The translations under genes were made by a program, and so were the position numbers. A DNA stretch of 64,000 bases from a virus (taxonomy: Duplodnaviria > Caudoviricetes). Positions within the stretch are counted from its first letter, which is position 1; each line of letters starts with the position of its first letter. This document shows positions 45,337 to 55,105 of this stretch, piece by piece. The DNA lies in IMG/VR virus record IMGVR_UViG_2903468256_000002, positions 1-64,000 of that record; one strand, written 5' to 3'. Below the pieces are notes generated by a model. It made no database searches. It saw only the letters and a list, made by a program, of their open reading frames with translations, and was not told where the DNA came from.

Positions 45337-45827
45337 CAGCAAACAAACCCATCGAGCATATGGCCGACTCCCAGAAGCTGACGGCTGACGGGAAGGTTAA
45401 CCTCTACGAAATCCAGCTGAAGACCGAGCCAGTCATCCTGCGCCTGAGCGACACCGTGACCCGCACCTGGCAGGGCCAGGTCTGGGAGATGTTCGGCGTC
45501 CAGCTGTCAGGTGAGAAGCGATCGGCTGATGATGAGGAGACCCGGCCATCGCTGCAGCTCATCAACCCCGAAGGCGTCTTCAGCACGCTCGTCCGTCAGC
45601 GTCTGCTCGACCGCGCCACCGTGATCCGCTACCGGCTCCTGCGCGAGCACTATGAAGGCGACGTGCAGATCTTCCAGCGGCGCATTTGGTACATCTCCCG
45701 TATCGCCGACGTCACTGCCGGCCAGTCGATCACCGCCGAGCTGCGCGTGATGACGGAAGGACCCAACAGCCGCATCCCGGCCCGTCAATTCATCCCACCG
45801 GAATTCCCCATGGTGAGGCTAGCCTGA
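45333..45827 (+). CDS. Minor tail protein (lambda gpL-like hub)
   Basis: VNLYEIQL...WQGQVW...RPSLQLIN...ATVIRYR; position. Confidence 0.75.
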   Translation: MTANKPIEHMADSQKLTADGKVNLYEIQLKTEPVILRLSDTVTRTWQGQVWEMFGVQLSGEKRSADDEETRPSLQLINPEGVFSTLVRQRLLDRATVIRYRLLREHYEGDVQIFQRRIWYISRIADVTAGQSITAELRVMTEGPNSRIPARQFIPPEFPMVRLA

Positions 45828-46342
45828 TGAACTATCAGCACCTTCTGGGCCGTCCATTCGTCTGGGGATCTCAGGACTGCTTTGGTCTCCTGCGCGACTT
45901 CTACCACGACATCTTCGGCATCGATCTACCCAACTTAGCCCGTCCGGAAGACTTCTACCAACGAGGTCTAAACCTGTTCGGAGAGAACTACAGGAGCATG
46001 GGCTTCAAGGAAATTCAGGTGCATCCGTCCGAGATCAAATTCGGCGATGTGGCTGTTGCTGCGATAGGCTCCACTTTTGGAAATCACTGCGGCACATTCG
46101 TTGAAAACGGGCGCATTATCCACCACCTCTACGGTGGCCTGTCACAGGTTTCACCGTTCCGGGGAATGATGAGGAACAACTGCATCGGCGTCTATCGCCA
46201 TCAGGATGTTCCCAGTGGTTTCGTCACTGCGACGGAGACACGCGATCTTCGGGACTTCCTTTCGCCGAGCAAGCAAAAGCTGTTGGATGAACTTCGAGCT
46301 GCCCATTCAGGAACTCAAGACGAAGCTGACAGACGGCCCTGA
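45827..46342 (+). CDS. NlpC/P60 tail protein (C-terminal half of lambda gpK)
   Basis: PFVWGSQDCFGLLRDFY ... NHCGTF...IIHH catalytic Cys/His. Confidence 0.85.
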   Translation: MNYQHLLGRPFVWGSQDCFGLLRDFYHDIFGIDLPNLARPEDFYQRGLNLFGENYRSMGFKEIQVHPSEIKFGDVAVAAIGSTFGNHCGTFVENGRIIHHLYGGLSQVSPFRGMMRNNCIGVYRHQDVPSGFVTATETRDLRDFLSPSKQKLLDELRAAHSGTQDEADRRP

Positions 46343-46637
46343 GCGCGTCGGCTTCGTCCTGGTGACCGGCGAGGTCGTCGAGGTTCAAAACATCTGCGTC
46401 CATTCGGACAACGGCTTTGAGGTCTCGGGCACAGACCTGGTCCAGTACCACGATCAGGTGTTCGCCTCCTGGCACACCCACCCGGAACAGAACTCCAACC
46501 TGTCGACCAACGACTGGTACGGCTTCCGCAATTATCCAGACTGGTTGCACCTCATCATCGGGACGGACGGCGTGAGCTCGTACCGGGTCGATAAGGGTCG
46601 CGTCCTCGCCGATCAGAAATGGGAAAATGAAGGTTAA
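46287..46637 (+). CDS. JAB/MPN metalloprotease (N-terminal half of lambda gpK)
   Basis: ERVGFV ... SWHTHP....LS..D JAMM motif. Confidence 0.85.
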   Translation: MNFELPIQELKTKLTDGPERVGFVLVTGEVVEVQNICVHSDNGFEVSGTDLVQYHDQVFASWHTHPEQNSNLSTNDWYGFRNYPDWLHLIIGTDGVSSYRVDKGRVLADQKWENEG

Positions 46638-47154
46638 GGTATTCCTCCACGGATACTTCTCAAAGTTCCATGAAGGCCCGATCGAGGTCGAAGCCAGCAC
46701 TGTCTCCGAAGCCGTCTCCCTTCTAACCCGTCAGCTCCCGGGCTTCCGTCCCAACGCCGTCCGTGGCCGGCACCGTATCTCCGTCGTGGGCTGTGACAAG
46801 GTGGAAGATCTCTACCGGCCGGCCAAGGATGGTGAGATCCACCTGATCCCCCAATTCGCCGGCGGTAAGAAGGGTGGCTTCCTCCAGATCCTTCTCGGTG
46901 TCGCGCTCGTCGCGGTTGGCTGGTTTGCCGGCGTTGGCTGGCTCCTCCAGGCCGGCGCGCTGGTCTTCCTTGGTGGTGTCGCCCAGTTGCTGATGCCCAC
47001 GCCTGATAGCGAGGACAATCAGAAGAAGTCCCGCTACCTCGGCGCCTCACAAAACACGGTCCAGATCGGAACACGTATCCCCATCCTGTACGGCGAAGAC
47101 CTCGTCGGCGGGCATTACCTCTCGTTCGACACCGACGCAATCGTAACAGGATAA
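46627..47154 (+). CDS. Tail assembly protein (lambda gpI-like, ubiquitin-like fold)
   Basis: VKVFLHG...VSEAVSLL...IHLIPQFAGGKKGGFLQILLGVALV...GTRIPILYG. Confidence 0.85.
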   Translation: MKVKVFLHGYFSKFHEGPIEVEASTVSEAVSLLTRQLPGFRPNAVRGRHRISVVGCDKVEDLYRPAKDGEIHLIPQFAGGKKGGFLQILLGVALVAVGWFAGVGWLLQAGALVFLGGVAQLLMPTPDSEDNQKKSRYLGASQNTVQIGTRIPILYGEDLVGGHYLSFDTDAIVTG

Positions 47155-47160
47155 CCACGC

Positions 47161-48189
47161 ATGCGACCAAACCAAGAGAAGATGATCGAAGCGTTCAGCA
47201 AGGCAGGCGGGTTCCGTCCAGCCGAGCGAATGCTGCGCAGCATGGGCTTCGACATCTCCGAGCGGACGCTACGGCGCGCGCTGGCCAACATGCCTTCAGC
47301 GACCGACGAGCCCTTCACGGTTGACGACGGCCCCGAGATCGACATCCAGGAACTGCTGGAGCGCCGGATAAAGGTCTTCGAGAAGAAGAACAAGCAGCGC
47401 GAGCACGACAAGCTGATCCCGGTCAGGATCAACATCGACGGCCCGGTCGGTCTCGGCTTCATGGGTGACCCACACATCGACAGCGACGGCTGCAACATCA
47501 AGCTGCTGCTCGAACACACCGAGATCTTCGACGGTCGCAACGAGGGCATGTTCGGCGCCTGTCTGGGCGACATGTGGAACAACTGGTCCGGCCGCCTCGC
47601 GCGCCTGTGGTCTGAGCAAACCACCGATGGCTCCGAAGCCCGCGCGCTGGTCGAATATTTCCTGAGCCGCGTTAACTGGATGTTCGTGATCTATGGCAAC
47701 CACGACCTGTGGTCTGGTCACTCGAAGATCCTCGACCAGATGCTGGCCGGCAACGCGGGCGCTGCCCGTGACTGGCGCGCACGCGTTGGCCTCCGGTTCC
47801 CCAATGGCCGCACGGCGAAGATATACGGCGCGCACGGCTTCCCCGGCAATTCGATGTACCTGAAGAACTTCGGCGCCGTGAAAAAGGCTCTCTTCGACGG
47901 CCAGCACGACATCTACGTCTCAGGCCACATCCATTCGGCCGGCTACACGCTTGGCGCGCACCCGGGCGCCGAACGCGCCTTCCACGCGGTCCAGGTCGGC
48001 ACCTACAAGGAGATCGACAGCTTCGGCGATGCGATCGGTGCGGAGAACCTCAATCTCTACACCTGTCCGGTCGCGCTGATCGACCCGTATGCCACGTCGC
48101 CCCTCAATTTCATCCGCTGGGAGTTCGATCCCGAGCAGGCAGTCGATCGTCTCGCGTGGATGCGGAAGCGTTGGTCTGAGGCTCGGTAA
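47161..48189 (+). CDS. Calcineurin-like metallophosphoesterase with N-terminal HTH
   Basis: MGDPHID, LGDMWNN, YGNHD, AHG, GHIH motifs. Confidence 0.85.
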   Translation: MRPNQEKMIEAFSKAGGFRPAERMLRSMGFDISERTLRRALANMPSATDEPFTVDDGPEIDIQELLERRIKVFEKKNKQREHDKLIPVRINIDGPVGLGFMGDPHIDSDGCNIKLLLEHTEIFDGRNEGMFGACLGDMWNNWSGRLARLWSEQTTDGSEARALVEYFLSRVNWMFVIYGNHDLWSGHSKILDQMLAGNAGAARDWRARVGLRFPNGRTAKIYGAHGFPGNSMYLKNFGAVKKALFDGQHDIYVSGHIHSAGYTLGAHPGAERAFHAVQVGTYKEIDSFGDAIGAENLNLYTCPVALIDPYATSPLNFIRWEFDPEQAVDRLAWMRKRWSEAR

Positions 48190-51100
48190 TGCAGAAGTTC
48201 GCCGGTAGTGGTTTCGGTAGCAGCGGGGGCAGCAATGACCCCGACAGCTATTTCAGCGATGATATCGTTGAATTGGTGCTGGCCATCTCTGAGGGTCAGA
48301 TCAAGGGGCTGAAGGACGGCACGGCCAAGAACTTCTACATCGGCGAAACTCCTCTTCTCAACGCCAACGGGGTGTCGAACTTTTCGGATTTCGAGCTCGA
48401 CGTAAACGTGGGTTCGCCCCAGGGTGAGCTCATCGTCTTGTCCCTGGGTGGTCAGGCCACCAGCACGACCGTCAGCAGCTCCCTGGCCCAATTCGTACCG
48501 GTCGTGCGTCAGGGCTCCCAAGTCGACATCGACTGGCTCGAGTTGCGTCTGGTCATCAATCAGCTCCTCCGCACGAATGATGATGGCGTTCGGGCGCGCG
48601 AACTTGATCTGCAGATCGAGATCAAGCCCTCCGACAGCAACACCTGGATCAGCCCTGTCCTTTATGCCGAGGTTGGAACGACGGTCGAGGCGTACGAGAA
48701 CAGCCTCAAAGTTGTCCATCGCAACGACATCCAATCAGCCGCGATCGCCGGTCGGACGCAGGTCGTGTATAACCAGGAGGCCGAACCGAACCCGACCTCC
48801 GTCGAGCGCGGCCTCGGCGCGGCTTACGGCAATCGCGTGTGGTGGATCGACACCGCCGGCGGTCAGTTCAATCCGAAGTTCTACTCGGACCAGGAGTTCT
48901 TCCTTCCTGACGGTCTTGTGCTGGACACCACGCCAGGCAAGCAGGTAGCCACGTTTGAGGACGCGAACTACATCGCGCTGGTCGACCCCTACCGGTCGGA
49001 TATCACGCGCAAGATCTATTTCTGGGCGTCCGGCACGCCTGGCACCGCCCGTTTGGGCGATCTCTGGTACACTCCGGCCTCCGGTCGCCTCCTGTGGTTC
49101 AACGGCGCCGCCTGGGTCGCTACGCTGGCCCCGCAAGGGACGTACGACCCCACCGCTGGCAACAACGTCATCTCCACGAACGGCCAGCTCCACATCTTTG
49201 AGAAGATCACCTCCAACGCTGTGAAGGAAGTGCGGATCAAGGTCGATCGGATCGGCGTTCCCTACGACATACGGATTACCAAGCAGACGACGGACAGCAG
49301 CGACCTCGAAGACGATCGCACCGACGTCTCCTGGGAGAGTTTCCAGGAGGTGAAGGCCGAGCCGATGCTGTTCCCCAATCTGGCGACCGTTCGCCTGAAG
49401 GGCCGTGCCAGCGATCAGTTCTCCAGCCTGCCGGAATTCCAGGGTGTCTACGAGGGCCGTCTGATCAAGGTCCCCTCGAACTACGACCCCGTGACCCGCA
49501 CCTTCGCCGGCCTTTGGGACGGCACCTGGAAGGTCGCCTACAGCAACAACCCGGCCTTCATCGGTTACGACCTGGTCGAGAACGACCGGTACGGCATGAG
49601 CGCTACCTATCCTGTCACGCTGGAGCCGTTCGACGTCTACGAGGCGGGGGTGTGGTGCGACCGCCGGCTCCCCACTGGCAAACCCCAGTTCACCTTCAAC
49701 AGCCTCATCAAGGAGGCCCAGTCGCCGCGGGAGCTGGCGACCTACGTCTTCGGCGTGTTCGGCGGCCGGTTCTTCGACGACGGCAATGGCTATGGGCGCC
49801 TGCGCATCGACAATGACGCTCCTGCTGTCCACCTGTTCACCAAGGAGAACGTCAAGAGCGGCACCTTCAAATACTCCTATACGGAGATTGAGAGCCGCAT
49901 CAACGACTACACGGTCTCCTTCAAGAACCCCGCGCTGTTTTATGCAGAAGACCGGCGCAGGGTTTACGACCAGCCGGCGATTGACACCTATGGCCGCGCG
50001 CCGGATGACTTTGTCGCCGTGGGTTGCAACAGCGCTGACGAGGCGGTCTATCGAGCCACCGTCAAGCTGCTGACCGACCAGACCGAGGTGGAAACAGTCA
50101 CCTTCGAAACCGCCCGCGAAGGTCTCTATCTCGAGCCCTACGAAATCATCCTGGTCGCCGACGACACGATGGACGAGATCATCACCGGCCGTATCGCCGG
50201 TACCGATGGTCCCCGCCTCATCTATCTGCGCGACAACGTCTACCTGGAAGACGGTTTCGACTATGAGATCGTCATCAACCTGAACCAATTCGAGCTCGCC
50301 ACGCTCTCGATCGACGTGATGTCCGTTGGCAGGGCCACGAAGATCCTCCAACTGGCCGAGGATCTTCCGCAGGGCATCCCGGATCAGGCCGTCTTCTCGA
50401 TTGGCTCGAACGCCAAACCGTATCGCGTGCTCGCCATTGGAGAGGGCAGCGATGGTGAGGACGGCGAGAACGTCACCATCAGTGCGCTTGAGGTGAACCG
50501 GACGAAATATGCCGACGCCGCCGATGCCCCTGGAACGGTCGTCATCGACGTTCCGCAATTCCCTACTGACCTCTCCGCGGTCTCCAACGCGCGCATCACT
50601 CCTTGGACCGAGGTCCGCAATGGTCGCCCGGTCCAGAACCTGCGTGTTGAGTGGGACCCCCATCCGAACAAATGGGTGCGGACATATTCGATCAACTCCC
50701 GCTTCAATGACGACCAGTGGCAGTTCAACGGCGAGGTGAAGAACCCACGTTTCGAACTCTTCGACGTCAAGCAGGGGCGCTACATCTTCTCGATCCAGGC
50801 ACTCGCCATGACAGGGCAGAAGTCTGTGGTCGCCTACGCAGACATCGACCTGAGCGGCGAGGTCCGCACGGTCGCCCCAGTCAAGAACCTGACCCTGGTC
50901 AACGAGACGGGCGTCGATGGGGCCCTGCATCTCTTCGACGACGTGCATGCCGATCTGCAATGGGAGCCGGGAGAGAGTGATCCTGCACTCGCCACCTATG
51001 GCGTGAAGCTGTTCAGCGACAGCGAGGAGCTTTTGCGATCAGCATCCGTTGGCGTGCCGGAGTTCACCTACACCACCGCGATGATGCGGAACGACGGTGG

Positions 51101-53126
51101 CCACCGTCAGGTGCGGGTGGAGATCACAGCCTACGATTTGTTTGGCAACCACTCGGTGCCCGTCTCGATGCTGATCAAGAACCCAGCCCCGGCGGCGCCC
51201 CTGGTCGCGGCCGACCGCGGCTTCGGTTCGGTTTCCTTCTCGTGGCCGATCTCTGGTCTCATTGACTATGTCGGCGCTCTGGTTTGGATCTCCGACCAGC
51301 CTGGGATAGTCCCTACCGCGCTCCCGCCCGACATGGATATCAACAGCAACACAGTGTCGGTGGCCGTAGAGAGCCAGGGCGTCTGCTACGCGGTGATCGC
51401 GCTCTACGACACGATGGGCAAGACCGAGCTGAATTACAGCCAGGAGGTCTTCGCCCAGTCCTACCAGACCGTGGATACGGAGCCGCCGGAAACCCCGACA
51501 GGGCTTGGACTGTCCTCGCGGATCGAGACGGTCGATGGCGTTGTGCAACGGATGATCCTGACGGCAGGCCTGGGCGCGGCGGTCGATGATGACTTTGCCT
51601 ATTTCGATTTCGAGCTCAAGCAGAACAACGGCAACTGGGTCAGCTTCACCTCCAGCACGCCGACGTTCGAATGGACCGTGCTCCCCCTGCAAACCTACAC
51701 GGTTCGTGCCTCGTCGGTCGACCAGTTCGGCAACCGCTCTGGTCATACTGCCGACCAGGCTTTGCTGACGCCTGAGTGCCCTGAGCTCGCCGACCTGATT
51801 AATTCCGGCTTGGGCGAGATCGAGGCGAACAAGATCCGGGTCTTCGGCGACACTATGGTGTCTGACTGGCGCAACCCTGGCGATCTGACCACGATCAACG
51901 GCGGGGCGGTGGGCACCGGCACGCTCACGGCCGACAAGGGCATCTTCGGCCAGCGCGGACTCCAGGTCGAGGACATCATCTTCGATTACAACAGCCCGAG
52001 CATCAACAAGGTCTCTTGGACTGCCGGCGTCGTGCGCTACACGGGCGACGACGGGAACACGGCCACGCGCAACATCGCAGCCGGCAGTGCCACCTGGACG
52101 ACCGGCACGCTCTTCATCTGCTACACGAAGGACGCCACGGAGCTCACCGCCACCACCAACCCGCTGGCGGCCTTCGATCACGACGCAATCGTCGTGGCGA
52201 CCTACAAGGGCGACAAGGCCCTGGACGGAAGCTATGGGCGCACGATCATCGACGGCGGGCAGCTGAAGACCGGGACGGTCATTGCCGACCAGGCACGGCT
52301 CAACTCGATCGACAGCGATGCCATCCAGTCGGACGCTGTGAAAGCTCGGCACATCGCCGCGGGCGAGATCACGGCCGATCACATCCAGGTCGGCACCGGC
52401 GGCAACTGGCTCGACAACGCCGATCTTAGCGCCGGTGTGACCAACTGGGTCCTGACTCGCACCGACACAGGCGTAACGGGTGCCATTCGCACCGATAGCC
52501 TTGCGCCAATCGGTGGCGCTCTGCAGATATACACCGGCGCCGCCGCCGGCGCGGCCGACTATGGATATTACATGGCGACCGGTGCATCCGGGGCGCTTAG
52601 ATACTTTCCGGTCATCGCTGGCCAGAAGTATCAGTTCTCGGTCTACACCTACTCTCTCCGAACCCAGAACTTCGGGATGATCCGCTTCTTAAATGCGGCT
52701 GGTGCTGCCCTCTTGGACAGTCCTCTGCCCAAGTTTGGTCCTGATGTTCTGGATCCCGGCTTCAACCTTGGCAACTATCATCGTCCGTTTGTCATCGCCA
52801 CCGCTCCTGCCGGCGCGGTCAAGGCGGTGATAATTATGGGATCGGATCCCAGAAGCTCCGGCACCGACTGCTATTGCTGGTTCGCGCGCCCGTTCTTTGG
52901 CGAGGCCCTTCCCCACCAGACCCAACCGTCGCCATGGAGCGTCGGCGGTGCGACCAAGATCGGCCCCGGCACGATCGAGACGGTCTCGCTGGCGGCAATC
53001 TCCGCGGTTCTTGGATCTGTCGACATCAGTGACGCCAATATTGGCACACTGCAGGTGGGTAGCGCCAACATCGCCAATCTCGCCGTCACCTCGACGAAGA
53101 CGCAGTCCCTCGAGGTGACCAGATGA
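48189..53126 (+). CDS. Central tail fibre / tip attachment protein (lambda gpJ-like)
   Basis: ISEGQIKGL, YSNNPAFIGYDL, FN3-like repeats, C-terminal beta-helix repeats. Confidence 0.9.
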   Translation: MQKFAGSGFGSSGGSNDPDSYFSDDIVELVLAISEGQIKGLKDGTAKNFYIGETPLLNANGVSNFSDFELDVNVGSPQGELIVLSLGGQATSTTVSSSLAQFVPVVRQGSQVDIDWLELRLVINQLLRTNDDGVRARELDLQIEIKPSDSNTWISPVLYAEVGTTVEAYENSLKVVHRNDIQSAAIAGRTQVVYNQEAEPNPTSVERGLGAAYGNRVWWIDTAGGQFNPKFYSDQEFFLPDGLVLDTTPGKQVATFEDANYIALVDPYRSDITRKIYFWASGTPGTARLGDLWYTPASGRLLWFNGAAWVATLAPQGTYDPTAGNNVISTNGQLHIFEKITSNAVKEVRIKVDRIGVPYDIRITKQTTDSSDLEDDRTDVSWESFQEVKAEPMLFPNLATVRLKGRASDQFSSLPEFQGVYEGRLIKVPSNYDPVTRTFAGLWDGTWKVAYSNNPAFIGYDLVENDRYGMSATYPVTLEPFDVYEAGVWCDRRLPTGKPQFTFNSLIKEAQSPRELATYVFGVFGGRFFDDGNGYGRLRIDNDAPAVHLFTKENVKSGTFKYSYTEIESRINDYTVSFKNPALFYAEDRRRVYDQPAIDTYGRAPDDFVAVGCNSADEAVYRATVKLLTDQTEVETVTFETAREGLYLEPYEIILVADDTMDEIITGRIAGTDGPRLIYLRDNVYLEDGFDYEIVINLNQFELATLSIDVMSVGRATKILQLAEDLPQGIPDQAVFSIGSNAKPYRVLAIGEGSDGEDGENVTISALEVNRTKYADAADAPGTVVIDVPQFPTDLSAVSNARITPWTEVRNGRPVQNLRVEWDPHPNKWVRTYSINSRFNDDQWQFNGEVKNPRFELFDVKQGRYIFSIQALAMTGQKSVVAYADIDLSGEVRTVAPVKNLTLVNETGVDGALHLFDDVHADLQWEPGESDPALATYGVKLFSDSEELLRSASVGVPEFTYTTAMMRNDGGHRQVRVEITAYDLFGNHSVPVSMLIKNPAPAAPLVAADRGFGSVSFSWPISGLIDYVGALVWISDQPGIVPTALPPDMDINSNTVSVAVESQGVCYAVIALYDTMGKTELNYSQEVFAQSYQTVDTEPPETPTGLGLSSRIETVDGVVQRMILTAGLGAAVDDDFAYFDFELKQNNGNWVSFTSSTPTFEWTVLPLQTYTVRASSVDQFGNRSGHTADQALLTPECPELADLINSGLGEIEANKIRVFGDTMVSDWRNPGDLTTINGGAVGTGTLTADKGIFGQRGLQVEDIIFDYNSPSINKVSWTAGVVRYTGDDGNTATRNIAAGSATWTTGTLFICYTKDATELTATTNPLAAFDHDAIVVATYKGDKALDGSYGRTIIDGGQLKTGTVIADQARLNSIDSDAIQSDAVKARHIAAGEITADHIQVGTGGNWLDNADLSAGVTNWVLTRTDTGVTGAIRTDSLAPIGGALQIYTGAAAGAADYGYYMATGASGALRYFPVIAGQKYQFSVYTYSLRTQNFGMIRFLNAAGAALLDSPLPKFGPDVLDPGFNLGNYHRPFVIATAPAGAVKAVIIMGSDPRSSGTDCYCWFARPFFGEALPHQTQPSPWSVGGATKIGPGTIETVSLAAISAVLGSVDISDANIGTLQVGSANIANLAVTSTKTQSLEVTR

Positions 53127-54070
53127 CGGCGATCAACGTCTTGGTCGGCTACAGCGAGACGCACCTGTTCGCCGACACCGGCCATTATAACCAAGCGACG
53201 AAGAAGCTCGACCACCTGGCGCCGAAGGTTTTTCCGCTCCCGAACCATCAAGCCTTGCTGGCATGGTCCGGGCCGTCCGCGTTCGGGCCTGTGCTGGCGG
53301 AACTGTGCCGGGGCTCGCCCGAACCACTCATGATTGCCTTGCCGCGGATGATCGCCGGCCTCGGCATCCTGGCCAAATTCTCCGCCATCGTGGTCGGCGC
53401 CGGCTGGGGCATCGCGGTCGAGGAAGGCGGCAAGGTCCATCACCTTGCTCCTGGTTCCGTGGTCCGATCGATCACGGCCGAAAACCAACTCGATCCCAGT
53501 GACCTGCGGGGATCTGGCGTCCGCCTCATGGAGGAGCAGCGCCAATCATCGGGCGTGGTGTTCGGCGAGTGTCAATACTGGCACCTCACGTCCCAGCAAT
53601 GCACGATGCAAGTCCTGCATGACTGGCGCGATCGGCCATCGCTAATCAGGGGAGCTTTGTCGACCGCGGCCAAAATTGCCAATCTTACGGTAGACAAGCT
53701 CAATGTCGCACCCAATGCCGTCACCAAGATTGCCACAGGCACGACAACGATCACCTCGGGCGGTGACGGCAGTTACCCCAACATCATCTGGATCATAATC
53801 AACTGCGTGTATCACGGCACGCGGGTCGACTCCTCCGGAGTGCTCAATGTTTTCACCAAACGTTCGCCCAGCAATGAAGTAGTTGGCGGTAGCTCAAAGG
53901 GCTTTAGTGGTAATGGAGATCAGCCGGCGATCGTCAAAGTAAATGCGGTCGATGTAGGTATGGCGGCAAACCAGCAGTATTCGATTTCTACAAACTTTAA
54001 CTTTTCCGGATCGAATGCCACTTGCACGATCAACTCGATCACCACCGAACTGTTTTACACGGTGAAGTGA
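53123..54070 (+). CDS. Fusion of an Ntn-hydrolase (proteasome-beta-like) domain and a J-type receptor-binding cassette
   Basis: N-terminal MTAIN...HLFADT, APKV, WSG; then AKIANLTVDKL + beta-sandwich. Confidence 0.5.
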   Translation: MTAINVLVGYSETHLFADTGHYNQATKKLDHLAPKVFPLPNHQALLAWSGPSAFGPVLAELCRGSPEPLMIALPRMIAGLGILAKFSAIVVGAGWGIAVEEGGKVHHLAPGSVVRSITAENQLDPSDLRGSGVRLMEEQRQSSGVVFGECQYWHLTSQQCTMQVLHDWRDRPSLIRGALSTAAKIANLTVDKLNVAPNAVTKIATGTTTITSGGDGSYPNIIWIIINCVYHGTRVDSSGVLNVFTKRSPSNEVVGGSSKGFSGNGDQPAIVKVNAVDVGMAANQQYSISTNFNFSGSNATCTINSITTELFYTVK

Positions 54071-54071
54071 G

Positions 54072-54506
54072 ATGGCGAAGATCGCAAACCTCGATGTCGA
54101 TACCATCAAGATCGGCAATGCCGCGCTGACTGGTGCTGGCCAGTCGAGTTTTTCCTATTTCCCGTCGACCGTGAATGCATCTATTCCGATATCGAACCCG
54201 AGTGGCAACCCGATAACCCTCTATTGGAACGCCAATGGGACATGCGCCAGTGGTGCGTCTTCCAGCCGAGACCGCACGGCATCGGTGACTTTTTCCGTCA
54301 TGCGTGGCGCTACGACGTTCTATAGCAATAGCGTAGTAAGAACGGCCATCGGGGATACTGGTGTGCAGCTGGCATGGAGTGGCGCGGTCTACGATCCCAC
54401 CCCCGGAACATCTCCTGTCTACTCCACAACAGGTGCGGCCGGTTCGACCTCTCCGGGTGTCGCGACTCTGACCGGAATGCTCATGGCCGTGTATTTCAAG
54501 AAGTAG
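54072..54506 (+). CDS. J-type C-terminal cassette protein 2
   Basis: Starts MAKIANLDVDTIKIG; Ser/Thr/Gly beta-rich; ends LMAVYFKK. Confidence 0.65.
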   Translation: MAKIANLDVDTIKIGNAALTGAGQSSFSYFPSTVNASIPISNPSGNPITLYWNANGTCASGASSSRDRTASVTFSVMRGATTFYSNSVVRTAIGDTGVQLAWSGAVYDPTPGTSPVYSTTGAAGSTSPGVATLTGMLMAVYFKK

Positions 54507-54512
54507 GGGACC

Positions 54513-54848
54513 ATGGCCAAGATCGCCGATCTGAACGTCACCACAATCACCATCAAGGATGGTTCGATCACGCAGTTCTGCGCGCCCTATAGCGGCGCCC
54601 TGGGCACTAACCGCTATATCAACGTGGTCTTCGACGCCTATTCCACGCCAGCGCTGATCTTCGCCAGGACGACGGCAGGAACAGCAAATCTCTACTACGA
54701 TCTTGGTGGACCCAACCAGGAGCTGATTTTCTCATTCGTCGACAACAAATGCGGCGTGGTGGGAGACTCCCGTCCAGCCGGGACGGCGGTCTACGCGCTA
54801 TCTGGCGGTACGGGGACGATCACTGGTGCGCTCATGAGGTATCGATGA
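54513..54848 (+). CDS. J-type C-terminal cassette protein 3
   Basis: Starts MAKIADLNVTTITIKDG; ends GALMRYR. Confidence 0.65.
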   Translation: MAKIADLNVTTITIKDGSITQFCAPYSGALGTNRYINVVFDAYSTPALIFARTTAGTANLYYDLGGPNQELIFSFVDNKCGVVGDSRPAGTAVYALSGGTGTITGALMRYR

Positions 54849-55105
54849 TGACCTATCGGATCACTTATACAAGCGGCATCGAAGTCGATGTCGAGGCGTC
54901 TCGCATCGAGGACGACGGCATCTCAACCAAACTGTTTCGCGATGACGGCTCGGTGGCGCTTTGGGTCACCGATTGCGAAATAGTTTGCTGCGCGCCGGTC
55001 GGTGATTTTGCACCTGATGTATTCGACGTTGGGGAGACGCAGCAAGGCGTCGTCCTGTTGAACGAAGCCGGTGAGGTGCTCGCCGCTTACCGAAATTATC
55101 AATGA
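54845..55105 (+). CDS. Hypothetical acidic protein
   Basis: ATGA-coupled 86 aa. Confidence 0.6.
   Translation: MMTYRITYTSGIEVDVEASRIEDDGISTKLFRDDGSVALWVTDCEIVCCAPVGDFAPDVFDVGETQQGVVLLNEAGEVLAAYRNYQ

Noticed and set aside
48735-50960. 741-aa - strand ORF (similarly 29068-30945 and 22480-23985)
   Set aside because: Shadows of J, the fibre gene and the primase respectively
53040-54848. Diversity-generating retroelement or invertase shufflon for the tail cassettes
   Set aside because: No reverse transcriptase, template repeat, invertase or DNA-identical crossover sites; all cassettes are co-oriented
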